A stretch of DNA of 64,000 nucleotides from contig CM052818.1 of NCBI GenBank assembly GCA_028534125.1, positions 41,728,001 to 41,792,000 of the forward strand, read 5' to 3'. This document shows positions 24,205 through 35,920 of the stretch, in pieces. The translations under genes and the position numbers were made by a program. A model generated the notes under the pieces. The model was not told where the DNA came from. It saw nothing but the letters and a program-made list of their open reading frames with translations, and searched no databases. The stretch comes from Lama glama (taxonomy: Eukaryota). The number at the start of each line of letters is the position of its first letter. Position 1 is the first letter of the stretch.

Positions 24205-24641
24205 TCAATATCACTAAGTATAGAGAAATGCAAATCAAAACTACAATGAGGTATCACCTCACACCAGTCAGGATGGCCATCATTCAAAAATCCACAAATG
24301 ACAAATGCTGGAGAGGCTGTGGAGAAAGGGGAACCCTCCTTCACTGCTGGTGGGAATGCAGTTTGGTGCAGCCACTGTGGAAAACAGTATGGAGATTCCT
24401 CAAAAGACTAGGAATAGACTTACCATATGACCCAGGAATCCCGCTCCTGGGCATATATCCAGAAGGAACTGTACTTCAGGATGACACCTGCACCCCAATG
24501 TTCATGGCAGCATTATTTACAATAGCCGAGACATGGAAACAGTCTAAAATGTCCATCAACAGATGACTGGATAAAGAAGATGTGGTATATTTATACAATG
24601 GAATACTACTCAGCCATAAAATCCAACAACATAACACCATT
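24205..24641 (+). mobile_element. 5'-truncated LINE-1 (ORF2 C-terminus) running into the assembly gap
   Basis: [63 protein letters not shown] is the canonical L1 ORF2p C-terminal cysteine-rich region. Confidence 0.95.
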
Positions 24642-25141
24642 NNNNNNNNNNNNNNNNNNNNNNNNNNNNNNNNNNNNNNNNNNNNNNNNNNNNNNNNNNN
24701 NNNNNNNNNNNNNNNNNNNNNNNNNNNNNNNNNNNNNNNNNNNNNNNNNNNNNNNNNNNNNNNNNNNNNNNNNNNNNNNNNNNNNNNNNNNNNNNNNNNN
24801 NNNNNNNNNNNNNNNNNNNNNNNNNNNNNNNNNNNNNNNNNNNNNNNNNNNNNNNNNNNNNNNNNNNNNNNNNNNNNNNNNNNNNNNNNNNNNNNNNNNN
24901 NNNNNNNNNNNNNNNNNNNNNNNNNNNNNNNNNNNNNNNNNNNNNNNNNNNNNNNNNNNNNNNNNNNNNNNNNNNNNNNNNNNNNNNNNNNNNNNNNNNN
25001 NNNNNNNNNNNNNNNNNNNNNNNNNNNNNNNNNNNNNNNNNNNNNNNNNNNNNNNNNNNNNNNNNNNNNNNNNNNNNNNNNNNNNNNNNNNNNNNNNNNN
25101 NNNNNNNNNNNNNNNNNNNNNNNNNNNNNNNNNNNNNNNNN
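24642..25141. other. Assembly gap (500 N)
   Basis: Run of exactly 500 N, probably a placeholder size. Confidence 1.
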
Positions 25142-26074
25142 CATATGAGAGGCTGATGCCCCAAATGAATTCAGGGCTCTTCTAACAATCAAGAAGAAAT
25201 GGGACAATGGCTTTTGGGTGGCAGAAAGTAGTGTCTAACAGAGTTGAGAAATGAAGTCCTTTAAGGATAAATTCTAGGAGCAATCTTCATTGTGGTGATG
25301 AAGCTGACTTTATCCTAACATGTGGACACCAGCAGATCCTTTGAATTCCAACTCAAGAAACTTTTACTAGTCTTACTTTTCAAGCATGGAGTTCCATGAA
25401 TTCTTCCAACCTCTGCACCTGCTTTTCTTATTGAAGATTTCCTAACTTTTTTCTGGGAGCATCTCTTGACATCATACTCAGTCAGGTCACCACTGAAAAC
25501 AAAAAGATTTCGATCCCCTACCCCAAGCTCTACATTTGTGCCTCTAAGAATATCTCTTCTTTATGCACAGTGCCTGTGTTTATTTAGGATTTAAACTGAC
25601 ATAAATGTTTATTATTTTAGCTGTTCAGCCAATGTTTCTCAAACTATGGTTATTTCCAATTTGCTTGTGGTCTTTGAGGATGAAGTTCTCTGATCTAGAG
25701 TCTCAGATTGGTACTGAGGCCATTTTTTGAGTCTTTAAAAATATGAAATTTAGTGTAGAAATAGACTTGCCATTGGTCCCTCTGTCCTCTGAGACCAGAA
25801 CCAAAGATCCTTTAAAACTGGTACAAGGGACTGAAAGTTTTCCTGGTGCTGATTCGTTACTCACCAGTGATTAAATATTTAAGTGCCAAGGAGTTTGTCA
25901 TAAAATATTAATTTCCAGCCAGTCTGCTATGAAATATTTAAGGGCTGGTAAGTCTGAAGTGTGCAGCTTTCAGCTCAGAGCAAGAAGAGCCCCATCAAAG
26001 GCCGGATGCTAGTTGATGGAGCAGATGTACAAAGACGAGTTGATGGGGAAATGTGTCGGGTCAAGTGCATCAGA

Positions 26075-26255
26075 TGCCCTGACTATGCAGTGCTAAGACT
26101 GTGCACCGTCACATCACACCGTCGCATGTTTCTGAGCAATAGTTCATCCCCGTGAGGAAGGACAACCTGAACTTACTATGTTCATTCCACAGATGGGAAA
26201 ACTGAGGCTCAGAGAGTTAGAGGGAATCACCCCAGGTTTCAGGGTTAGCAAGGAG
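26075..26255 (-). mobile_element. MIR SINE
   Basis: cattccacagatgggaaaactgaggctcagagagttag core. Confidence 0.75.
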
Positions 26256-26344
26256 CAACATTAACTGAGCTTTGCATCTTTGAACAGAAATTGTTTTCTC
26301 TTCAGCCCCAGAAGAACACTGGACAAAGATTCTCGTATAGACTT

Positions 26345-26919
26345 TGTATCAGTAAGAAATCATTTTCTCAGGCATTTCAAGTGGAGGGAATTTAATACAG
26401 GAGATTGGCTACAAAGGAGTTAGAAGGACTGGAATACCAAATTAAAGAGTGAGGGTGTGTTAGTGGCACTGAAAGGAACGACGTAATATTTAGAGGTGCA
26501 ATGCTGCTCACCCACTCCCCGACCAATGCTTGGGAGCCTGTTTGTGCCGCTGAGTTCTTGGAGATGGTGTCTCAGGTGGTTCTGGATCCACCAGAGAAGT
26601 GGAGCTAGAAATACAGCTGCTGGAAAATATGCTTCCTCCTGCCAGCCTGCTGGAGCTCAGAATCGCTCCACTCCTGTTGCCACTACAAGATCCAGCAGCA
26701 GCTTCCAGTGACACCAGCTTGTCTGAATCAGAGCAGAATTCTCCCTTCCGTCCGCCCTCTGGTCAGTCTCCCACCAGGGTCTCCTACTGGCAGAAGTAGT
26801 CAGAAAATCCACCTGCAAGAGAAGATAACAAATGCAGTTTGTAGACTTCCAGCTCCAGCAGGGTATAAATGGGGGGGGGGGTAATAGAACTAGGAAACAG
26901 CAGGTTCATAACAAGCACA
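26345..26919 (-). mobile_element. ERVL-type solo LTR (LTR33-like)
   Basis: TG...CA termini; tgtatcag...gggaatttaatacaggagattgg...ctactggcagaag...aaatgcagtttgtagacttccagctccagc...ataacaagcaca. Confidence 0.6.
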
Positions 26920-29900
26920 GCCCTCTGAGCCCTGAGGGAAAGAACGCCAGTGGAACACAAGTCAAGGCTGGTGTCCCCACCTTTCTCTCCTGTTCCACCA
27001 TGAAATGAGACCCGCATAAGTCCAGGAGTTGCTCCAGGGTTGGTCTTAAATATGGATGGTCAGCTATATCTCTATTCTTCATCAACCCTAAAAACAAAAG
27101 AGTGTGAGATTGGGTGAAAAGTTGCAGATTTCATTTTTGTGGAGAGTTCTCGAATTATCCCAAATTGGCGTGATTATAAAATTTGCAAAAGAAAAACTTG
27201 GAAAATGGCCAGTCCAAGTAGGGTCAGAAAAGTAGGATCCGAGAAGCTGGAGCTGTCAGTGTGCTGAGCGACCAGTAAGATACCTCCACCTGGCAGTTTA
27301 CTGATAAAAAGATTGGATGCCAGAAAGGGCTTGGGACCTCCCGCAGGGGACTAGCGTGGACAACCAGAGCCCACTCCGATCTCTCAAGCTGGAAGCGTCC
27401 TACGTCGTGCTCTGTCTGTGCCTGGCAAGCTTGTCTTTCAATAGAGATGGTCTTGTCTCTGTCCCTCATCATTTCTTATGCATCCTTTGATGTCCCCAGT
27501 GAATAAAAATAACAAAGAGAATCATTCATTTCCCAAATTGGATAGTTTCTAAGGCATTTTTACATCCATTCTCTCCATTGATCCCAAAGAGAACCTTGTA
27601 GACTAAAATCTGGGACAATTATTCGCATCTCTGAATGTGTGAGGCACAGCGAGGTCAGGTGACTTGCTCAAGGACACCCAGCAGAGGACCTGCTATCCAG
27701 GTAATGCCCAGAAAATGTCTGTCAAATAAATAAACAAATGAAAAACTGAACGCACTGTGGTCATCTTTCATAAAAATCTGGGCTGGAAGAAGTACTGGTT
27801 GAAGTTCATGGAGAGGAAGAATTTGTTAGGAGAGAGACAAGTAGGGGTGCGAGGAGATGGCGCTTGGGAGGAAAATGTTAGTTTCTACGGATGGGAAGGA
27901 AGAAGAGGGTGGATCATAGAAGCCACAGACAACTGAGCACCAGCCTGTTTAAAGAGGGGGCAGGAGGAAGATCCTAATTACAGAAACCTCTAAAAGCTGG
28001 CTGTTGCTTCTAGGATCCCCACCCCTTGCTGGTTACCCTGTACAGTCGTGAACTCTGCGGGGTCCAGGCTCAATCCAAATGTTCAGGATCCCGCCGGATT
28101 TCCTGACTGTCCAGGTTCCATTGTCCTTGTCACCCCCCGCACCACCCCCCCGCCCCCGCGTTTCCTACACTCACCAACCTGTCCTTTCCCTGCCCCGAGT
28201 CTCATGGCTTCTACCACCCCCACACTCCCCACCCCGCATTGTTACAAAAGCAGCCGAGCCTCCTGGCCAGGCTTCCCCATCCCTAAATCCAGGGTGACAT
28301 TCCATGCAAACTACCACGTCGTTCCCTTTCTGTTGCTGTTTAGGGCCGGCTTTATGCTGACTCCACTGCACTTGTACTGAGACAAGGGGGAAGATGTGCA
28401 GTCTATTACCCTTATAAACCAGCTCCTTTCTTCCCCTCTCTGCCATTTAAAAGGGCCTTTCTATTTGACTGAACAAGAAAAGGAACTCTAAGAGGGGAAT
28501 TAACATTGTCCCCATTATATTGTCCAATTAACACTTGTCCCGTCAAAGGCTGAGTAGGAAGCCGGGAGCCTTGGTCAATGAGAACTTTTAATCCCCCAGG
28601 TAAATGCAAAGTCGCATTGAACACGATCAAAGGGCAGATCTCAATATATTCTCCCTCCAAGCCCCTTGCCTCCCCCCTCACGCATAGGACTGTATGAGGC
28701 TGCTAAGTTCTGGTTTGAATGAGTCTTAGCCTCCCTTTGTGGCCACGTTGGGTGAAAGTGTGGGGGATGGTTGATCAGACATTTAAAACCTCGCACCAAG
28801 GCTCTTAATTACATTCAAGACAAAGACACCCACACAGACGTGGTGAAGTAATGATGACCCAACCATCTTCTGTTTTAAAAACTCGATTTCCTCTCTGTAG
28901 GTTCTAGGCCCAACACCATTATGAACAAAGTAAATTATGCAAGTAATTAATCCTTTAGAGTGATGGAATCTGGGGGTCAGCTTCTTCCTTCTATAGAATG
29001 CTGGCATTCACTGAGATCTGGCCCATGAGAAACTGATGGGCAAATAGAATAGGGACTTCAGCTGGAGGGCAGGGCCTCTGCAACACTTTCTTCAGTTTCC
29101 TCCATCCCCCGCGATCCTAACATGCTTCTTTTCGCATAGTAGGTGCTTAAAATTAATTTATATGAAGGTGTCTGGAAAAGTGACTTACTTAGGGATTCAT
29201 TCAAGACCCAGGTCACTTCAAAAAGAGTCCAATTGGTTTACTAAGATGAAAGATGAATACAGGAGGAAATGAAGAGTAGAATGACAAGTTGATGCCGGGG
29301 AGAGTTAATTCAGAGACGTTCATGCTGGTTGTTACTGGCCAGTCACTACCGATGGTCCCCAGGGCTGAGGAGGAGCTTCCTGGCTGCCAACGCAAAAGGG
29401 AAACACCATCGTTTGCAGAATCTATATTGTCCAGAGAATATCTCCTTTAAATAAACTGAAGAATAAGAAGGCAATAGAAACAATAGAGCAAGTATGTAAT
29501 AGGGGACTTCTCTCAAGGAGTAGGGCACATTCCTGGCTTTCTGAATACACAGTCCGAAATGTCTTTATAAAATTACATAGAATGGTATCAAGTGAAGAGG
29601 TCATTCCCCTGAGATCCACCTTAGTCAAGTTCTGTGAAGCGAACCAAGCAGCTGAGAGGTGACAGGCAGCCCTTCCGGAGGCCGGCACAATCAATGGCTG
29701 TCTGTGAAGATAACTTGGGGTTCAGATAATTTAGAAACCTCAGTAAGCTCTTAACAAAAGTTTGGCAGACTGGCCACACTGCAAAAACTGGATCCAGGCT
29801 GTCCTGTGTCTATGAAGACCCAGATCTACAGTGACCAAGAGAACCAGACTGATGTGTGACCTAACTAGTCATCTACCAAGGCTGTCAAGATGTGAGCATC

Positions 29901-30421
29901 AGTGCAGACCAAACTGTGGGCAAGACAGAGAAAGACGGCCCTCGGTGCTTCTAATCCATGGACACTCTTGCCACCGGCGTTGGTCCTGACATCAACCACA
30001 GAGGCATCCTCGCTGTTCTTTCCTTCTTAGGGTTTTCACACACGTGGTTCCTTTGGTCTGCGATGCTTTATCCCCACTGGGGTGATGCCTTCATTTCACG
30101 AGGACCTCTGTTCAAATGTCACCTTATTAAAGAACACTCTGCGCATCCTGTGAAGCACAGGACACACACATTCCCATCACCTTCCCCTCCACCCCAGCTG
30201 GGTGCTGCTTTGTCCATAGTCTCCGTCATTAGGGACCATCATAAATCTCTGTATACAGATTGTCTGTCCTTTCTGCTCCTCCTCTTTCCTCACAGTCTTT
30301 AATATGCGCTGTTTCACTGCAGGTAGGCATTAAATACTTACCGAATGAATGATGTGGGGGAAAGACTAGCAATGGACACTGAGGGGTCAGCATGGGGAAG
30401 ACAGCCAAGCACTTAAAAAAA

Positions 30422-31250
30422 TTTTTTTTTATTAAAGTATAGTCGGTTTACAATGTTGTGTTAACTTCAGTGTACAGCATAGTGATTCAGTTATACATAG
30501 ATAAAAATATAGATACACACACACATATATATTTCTTTTCATAGTATTTTTCATTATAGGCTAACACAAGATATTGAATGTAGTTTCCTGTGCTATACAG
30601 TAGGACCTTGTCATTCATCTATTTTGTATGTAATAGTGTGTATCTGCTAATCCCAAACTCCTAATTTATCCCCCCCACCTCCACTTTCTCCTTTGGTAGC
30701 CATAAGTTTGCTTTCTATGTCTGTGAGTCTGTTTATGCTTTGTAAATAAGTTCATTTGTATCATTTTTTAAGATTCCACATATAAGTGATATCATATGAT
30801 ATTTGTCTCTGTCTGACTGACTTCACTTAGTATGATAATCTCTAGGTCCATCCATGTTATTTCTTTCTTTTTTATGGCTGAGTAGTATTCTATTGTGTGT
30901 GCGTGTGTGTGTGTGTGTGCGTGTGTGTGTATAATATCTTCTTTATCCAGTCATCTGTTGCTGCACATTTAGGTTGCTTCCATGCTTTGGCTGTTGTAAA
31001 TAGTGGTGCTGTGAACACTGGGGTGCAGGTATCTTTTCAAATGAGAGTTTTCTCCAGATATAGACCGAGCAGAGGGATTGCTGGATCATAGGGTAAGTCT
31101 ATTTTTAGTTTTTAAGGAATCTCCATTCTGTTTTCCATAACGGCTGCACCAAAATACATTCCCACCAGCAGTGCAGGAGGGTTCCCTTTTCTCCACACCC
31201 TCTCCAGCATTTATTGTTTGTAGATTTTTTAATGTTGGGCTTTCTGACTG
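30422..31250 (-). mobile_element. 5'-truncated LINE-1 (ORF2 C-terminus + 3'UTR)
   Basis: Poly-T at 30422-30430. Minus-strand peptide [35 protein letters not shown]. The reverse complement resembles the 6362-7348 copy. Internal (TG)n at ~30894-30930. Confidence 0.93.
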
Positions 31251-31390
31251 GACACCTGTGCACCTTGATAGTTAGTTGCCTGGAAGGAAGGCCAGCTGGA
31301 GCTAGCATGGCGGGAGGGCCTCCTGGAGGGAGGTAAGTATCAGCCGAGCTCTGAGGGTCCGGACACATTCTGACTGTGATCACAATAGTT

Positions 31391-31518
31391 AAGGTGACCA
31401 TATAATTTACCACCAAAATTGGACTCCGTGGGAATGAAAGGGGAGCTATTAATAATTACACTAGGGCAGCAGGCATAAAATAGGGCTGTCCCAGGCTCAC
31501 CAGATTTATGGTCACACT
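31391..31518. mobile_element. MER94-like hAT-Blackjack MITE
   Basis: Terminal inverted repeats aaggtgaccata / tatggtcacact; internal gaaaggggagctattaataattac...ctgtcccagg as recalled for MER94. Confidence 0.75.
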
Positions 31519-32712
31519 GGTGATGATTAACAAGTAAAAGGGGGGCCCTCCTATTTGGAAGTGGACATGGCTGGGTTGTATTCTGAGGGTTATCCTTTAG
31601 GGGTCTCTGAGGCCATTCCCCCACGGATAGAGAGGGTCTCTGCTGAAAGGGGCCAACATCGCCACGTCGTTCCTTCTAGGAAGAGGTGGGCCTCACACAG
31701 GACACTCTGACACAGAATCCGAGTCTTGAGTACAAAGCAGAAGGAATTGATTTCCGTTAAGCTCAACGTTCTCCAGGCCTTGCTTTCTCAGGGCCATATT
31801 CTGAGAGGGAGGAACTCCTGAGGAAACACTGAGACAGTGTCCAGGAGGTGGGTTGGAACCTTCCAGTACTCGGGAGCCAGCTGGCTCTCCTGTACCAGGC
31901 TACCCCGATACAAGTTTTCAATGTTTACTTTCCAGTTGCCATCCCAGAGACACACAGTAAAGCGTCTGCTCTTGACAGCCTGGTGTCAACTGTCTGATGA
32001 CTTGGAGACATAGTTGTTTGTCCTCAATAGGTCAGAGGAATAAAGAGGAAATGGGTCACCCGTAGTCCAGGAGGTGTCCTCAAACGGAATTAAGAAGGGG
32101 TCTCTTTAGACAGTGATTTTTCAACCTGTTTTCTTACCACATGAAGAATTAAATCAAATGTTCTGAATTCCAGTGGATAAAACTTGACGAAACTGAAGGA
32201 CTAGGGCTCCTTTAGGAGTGAGAACACAAGGTTTTCCCCTCTCTTCCTCTCTCTTCCCCTTCCCACTAAGCGTCTTATGGAGTCACTGAGTGATGCTCCA
32301 CTGAGCATGGCTGGAAGACCCCAACCCTGCAGAGGTGACTGGCTTGCACAGAGCCAAGGCTGCCATTGTAGGGGGGCTGTCAGAGCCAAGTGTGGCTTGG
32401 ATTTTCTTTTTTTATTTCACTTTTGTTTGAGACCCTTCCATGGCATCCTGCTAGATCTGAGAGTGAATGCAAGTATAGCATGACCAGGGAGAACTATTGG
32501 CCAATCCAGACACACAGAGACCAGAGTTCCATAAACAAAGTGTCCTATCCACTGAGTCACTCAGTGGTCCAACAGAGACAACCTCTTGTTTCTTGTTCAT
32601 TCTGCCTTCCCTGGCAGAGTACCCCTCCCTGGAGCTCTATGAAGTCAAAGCTACAGACATCTTCAGTGTTGAGAGGTAATCACATGTCCCATAACCAGTG
32701 GGTGATGAAACC

Positions 32713-32847
32713 CAGGGCCAGGGACTAGGGTGAGGCCAGAAACCATCTAGGGTGCAAAATTCAAGGAGGCATCACTCTTAGGGTAAAGCCAGTCCCTAGG
32801 GGTGCTCTAGGCACCTCACTTGCACCCCCCTACAAGTCCCTACCCTC
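32713..32847. mobile_element. MER53-like palindromic hAT MITE, centre partly deleted
   Basis: cagggccagggactagggtgagg...tagggtgcaaaattcaaggaggca...ctaggcacctcacttgcaccccc...agtccctaccct; the arms are mutually inverted. Confidence 0.75.
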
Positions 32848-33255
32848 CCTAAATCTGCTCTGAGAGCTGGCTCCGATCTCCCAGATCCTCCCAAGTGAAG
32901 CATCTAAAATTCATTTCCTTGCTAATATTAACACTTTCTCATTGAGTCACCCCAGTAAGTTACCATCTAATGACCCTTCCCCATCAAAGGTGAGCAGAGG
33001 AAGCAATGAAGGAACAGAGCAACCCGTCCTACTGCACTTAGTGTGAGAAAGGCACGTCTGCATACACATGAGTTAGTAACAGACCGTCACCTGCACACAG
33101 CAGCCCGAGGCAACGTGGTCACCGCTGTGTCTGCTCCTCTCCATTCCTCTCCATTTCTCTGAGTCTTTAAATACCAAGTGAAAGAGACGAGGGTGAAGTC
33201 GACCCTGAACGTTGTGATCCATCCATTTCAAAAACGTTACAATTTCCCCAAAGCC

Positions 33256-33257
<2 letters not shown>

Positions 33258-33287
<30 letters not shown>
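33258..33287. repeat. Poly(A) tract of about 30 nt
   Basis: Seen directly; no convincing TSD. Confidence 0.95.
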
Positions 33288-33291
<4 letters not shown>

Positions 33292-33519
33292 TCAGCATGA
33301 AAAATGGTTCAAGAGAAGACAGAACATAATTTGGAAAGTCAGGTCAGTATCCATGCCTTTAGGGGTTCATATTCTCCTGAAATGAGCTCTATTTCCACAG
33401 CATAATCAGCATCAGCATAAAAGCCATCACATTTCTGAATCCCAGCAGTGTTTGGGGTCTTGTGTGCCTTATCTCCTTTCACTGACCTCAGACCCTGGGA
33501 GACAGGAGACACAGAACCA

Positions 33520-33800
33520 AATGAGGCCAGACTACCCGGTTTGAATCCCAGATCCACCTCTCAATAGCTGCGTATCAAGTTACTCAACGTCTCTGTGCCT
33601 TGGTTTCCCCATTTGTAAGATGGAAGTATAATAGCTCTGAATTCACTGAATTCATTGTGATGTGTACGTGTAATAGCTCTGAATTCATTGTTGGGAGGAT
33701 TAAATGGATCCCATCCATACGTACACACAGCTGCTGCGCAGATACAGAATGTGTGATGTGTAAGTGCAGCCACAACACTTACAAGTGCTGGCTACTATTT
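33520..33800 (+). mobile_element. MIR SINE with internal micro-duplication
   Basis: ggtttgaatcccagatccacc...caagttactcaacgtctctgtgccttggtttccccatttgtaagatgg...gttgggaggattaaatg. Confidence 0.8.
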
Positions 33801-35049
33801 TTATCATCTCCATTTTATACCTGAGGCCGTTGAGGCTCTGAATCACCCCGCCAGTGGTGGGTGCAGCCAGGACAAAATTGGAGGTTCCTCTGATATTGCA
33901 CGGCCACTACCAGCCCCGCATGCATGAAGCCAGTGCCCACATCTGCTAAGTTTTCTCTTTAGCCCCTGTGCAGGTTCACGAGGCAGGCAGAGCAATAATG
34001 ATCATTCCATTTTACAGGCAGGAGGACTGGTCCACAGGATGCTCTCATGGGGCACTACGGGCTCTTGGTCCTCCGAGCCCCCTCGGCTGGGCCACGCCTG
34101 TCTAATGCTCCCTCGCAGCTGTTCTGCACCCCTCCTGCTAGCATGCCTGCCTCCCAGCCCCAAGCCCTCCCCCCACCCAAGCACATTCACCACCGTGTGC
34201 CTTTAGAGCCTCACAGAAGAGCCATGATGTACGCAGGGCCAGAAATGGTCAGATCCATTTTGCAGATTAAAAAAAATGAGGCTCAGCCAGTGAAGGACTC
34301 TTGGCCTCCTGGTTAGTAAGAGGCATCACTGGGCTGGGGCTCAGGTCTCCTGGTCCCCGAGTCCCGCCCTTCCCCATCCCTATGGTCATTCTCTTTAGGC
34401 AGACATCCCCTTTCCAGCTCGGATAATGGTCCCCACATGCAAAGATGCTGAAAACACTCACTCCCACATGAGGCCTCTAGAAATACTTGGGGATGCTGAA
34501 AGCAGTTAATCTAATCCTGCCCTCTCCTTTTACAGATGAGACACCTCTCGGGTAGCCTGAGAAGGACACGGCCTGATCAAGGTCACACAGAGGGTTGGGG
34601 GAGGGGTAAGTCTCTCACCAGATCCTTTGTCTCCCAGGCTCAACCTGTTCCTGCGAAGGACGCTGTCTCCCACCCCTTCCCACAATTCAGGGCACCCAGG
34701 ATTCTTTCCCGTCCCTCTCTCTCCCCTCACCCCATAAACCAGATCCCCCATCTCAGAAGAAGCAGATATTGGATCTTCTTCCCTTGAGATTTTAAAGAGT
34801 TAATCCAATCACTTTTATCTGTTCAGCCAAGTATCAGCTGTGTGGCTTCGGGAGAGTTACTTAACTTCACTGAGCCTCAAATTTCTCTCATTTGTCAAAA
34901 GTGTCATCTATATCCTACTTTGTCTTGAGAACCAGAAGCAAAGGTATATGTAGAACATTTAGTAGGTAGTTAGGAAGTGACTGCTGCCTTCTCCCTTGCC
35001 TGTAATTGTTTATTATGGGTTCTAATATGGAATCATTATCATTTGTCAT

Positions 35050-35330
35050 CTTGAATCTGCCGAGTGCCAGGTACCATTCTATAGGCCAGGGGCCCATCAG
35101 GAAATACTACAGGCAGAGTCCCTGACCCCATGACACTTACATTCTGATGCTAGAGATGTCTGTTGTCAGTAATGGAGAGAGAATTGTAAAATATTTTTAA
35201 ATCAAGGAAGGTGAGCTATTGTAGATGGGGCTGCTCTAGATGGGAGGGGCAGGGCAGGTCTTTCTGAGGAGATGACAATTTAGCTGAGACCTGAATAGAG
35301 TGAGTCTGTAAAGATAAGGGAGGAAGAGTT
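35050..35330 (-). mobile_element. L2 fragment
   Basis: gagtgccaggtaccattctatagg...gagtccctgaccccatgacacttacattct...tctttctgaggagatgacaatttagctgagacctgaa. Confidence 0.7.
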
Positions 35331-35879
35331 CCCACACTCACCACCCTCATTATCAGCATGAGCCCCTGACAGGAGCAGCCACACACACATTGTCCAGAGC
35401 AAAGACTCGAACTAAACCTGTGGGATGACAAGGACAGAGAGCCTGTCTGGAGGCTTTGCTTTCATACTTCTGCATGATGGCGCCTAGAGTCCCCTCCCAG
35501 TGTCCCCATGTGTAGGAAGTCAGCATGGAGTCCACACCGCCCAGCATCTAAGGACCAGCTCAGCCTTGCTCACACCTCAAACTGGGTAGAGCTGAGCTGT
35601 GTCAATTTACCCATGGAGAGGCGCATTGAGTTTAATGGCCCAAAGAATGGAAGCTCGCCAGGGCCCCCGCTTGCTCAAGGGGTCTGCGCCCAGTGAATGG
35701 CTCACCTTAATCTCACCCTTAAACTTCACATCCCGGAGGAGCTCCCAGTGTGTGTGAAGCCCCAACCATCAGGCCCTGCTTGTCCTGCTTCACTGCAGTG
35801 TCTCTTTTTCCATCTTTGCACCTGCCTGTCAGCGAGATCACCCAAGATAGCCTGTAGGTGACTGCAGGGTACCAGTCAG

Positions 35880-35883
<4 letters not shown>

Positions 35884-35920
<37 letters not shown>
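35884..35920. repeat. (TG)n(CG)n microsatellite
   Basis: gtgtgtgt...gtgcgcgcgcgtg seen directly. Confidence 0.95.

Noticed and set aside
24078..24566. 162-aa ORF as a novel LTR-L1 chimeric protein
   Set aside because: Non-ATG start; it is simple read-through from an antisense LTR into a truncated L1 ORF2 fragment, with no expression evidence.
24476..25207. Long ORFs spanning 24.5-25.2 kb
   Set aside because: Artefacts of translating the N gap.
24205..31250. Inverted L1 pair as a dsRNA or recombination structure
   Set aside because: The copies are diverged, ~6 kb apart and independently inserted; a common arrangement with no evidence of transcription.
33180..33300. Poly(A) as the tail of a small retroposed RNA
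   Set aside because: No convincing TSD and no recognisable upstream SINE or RNA body.
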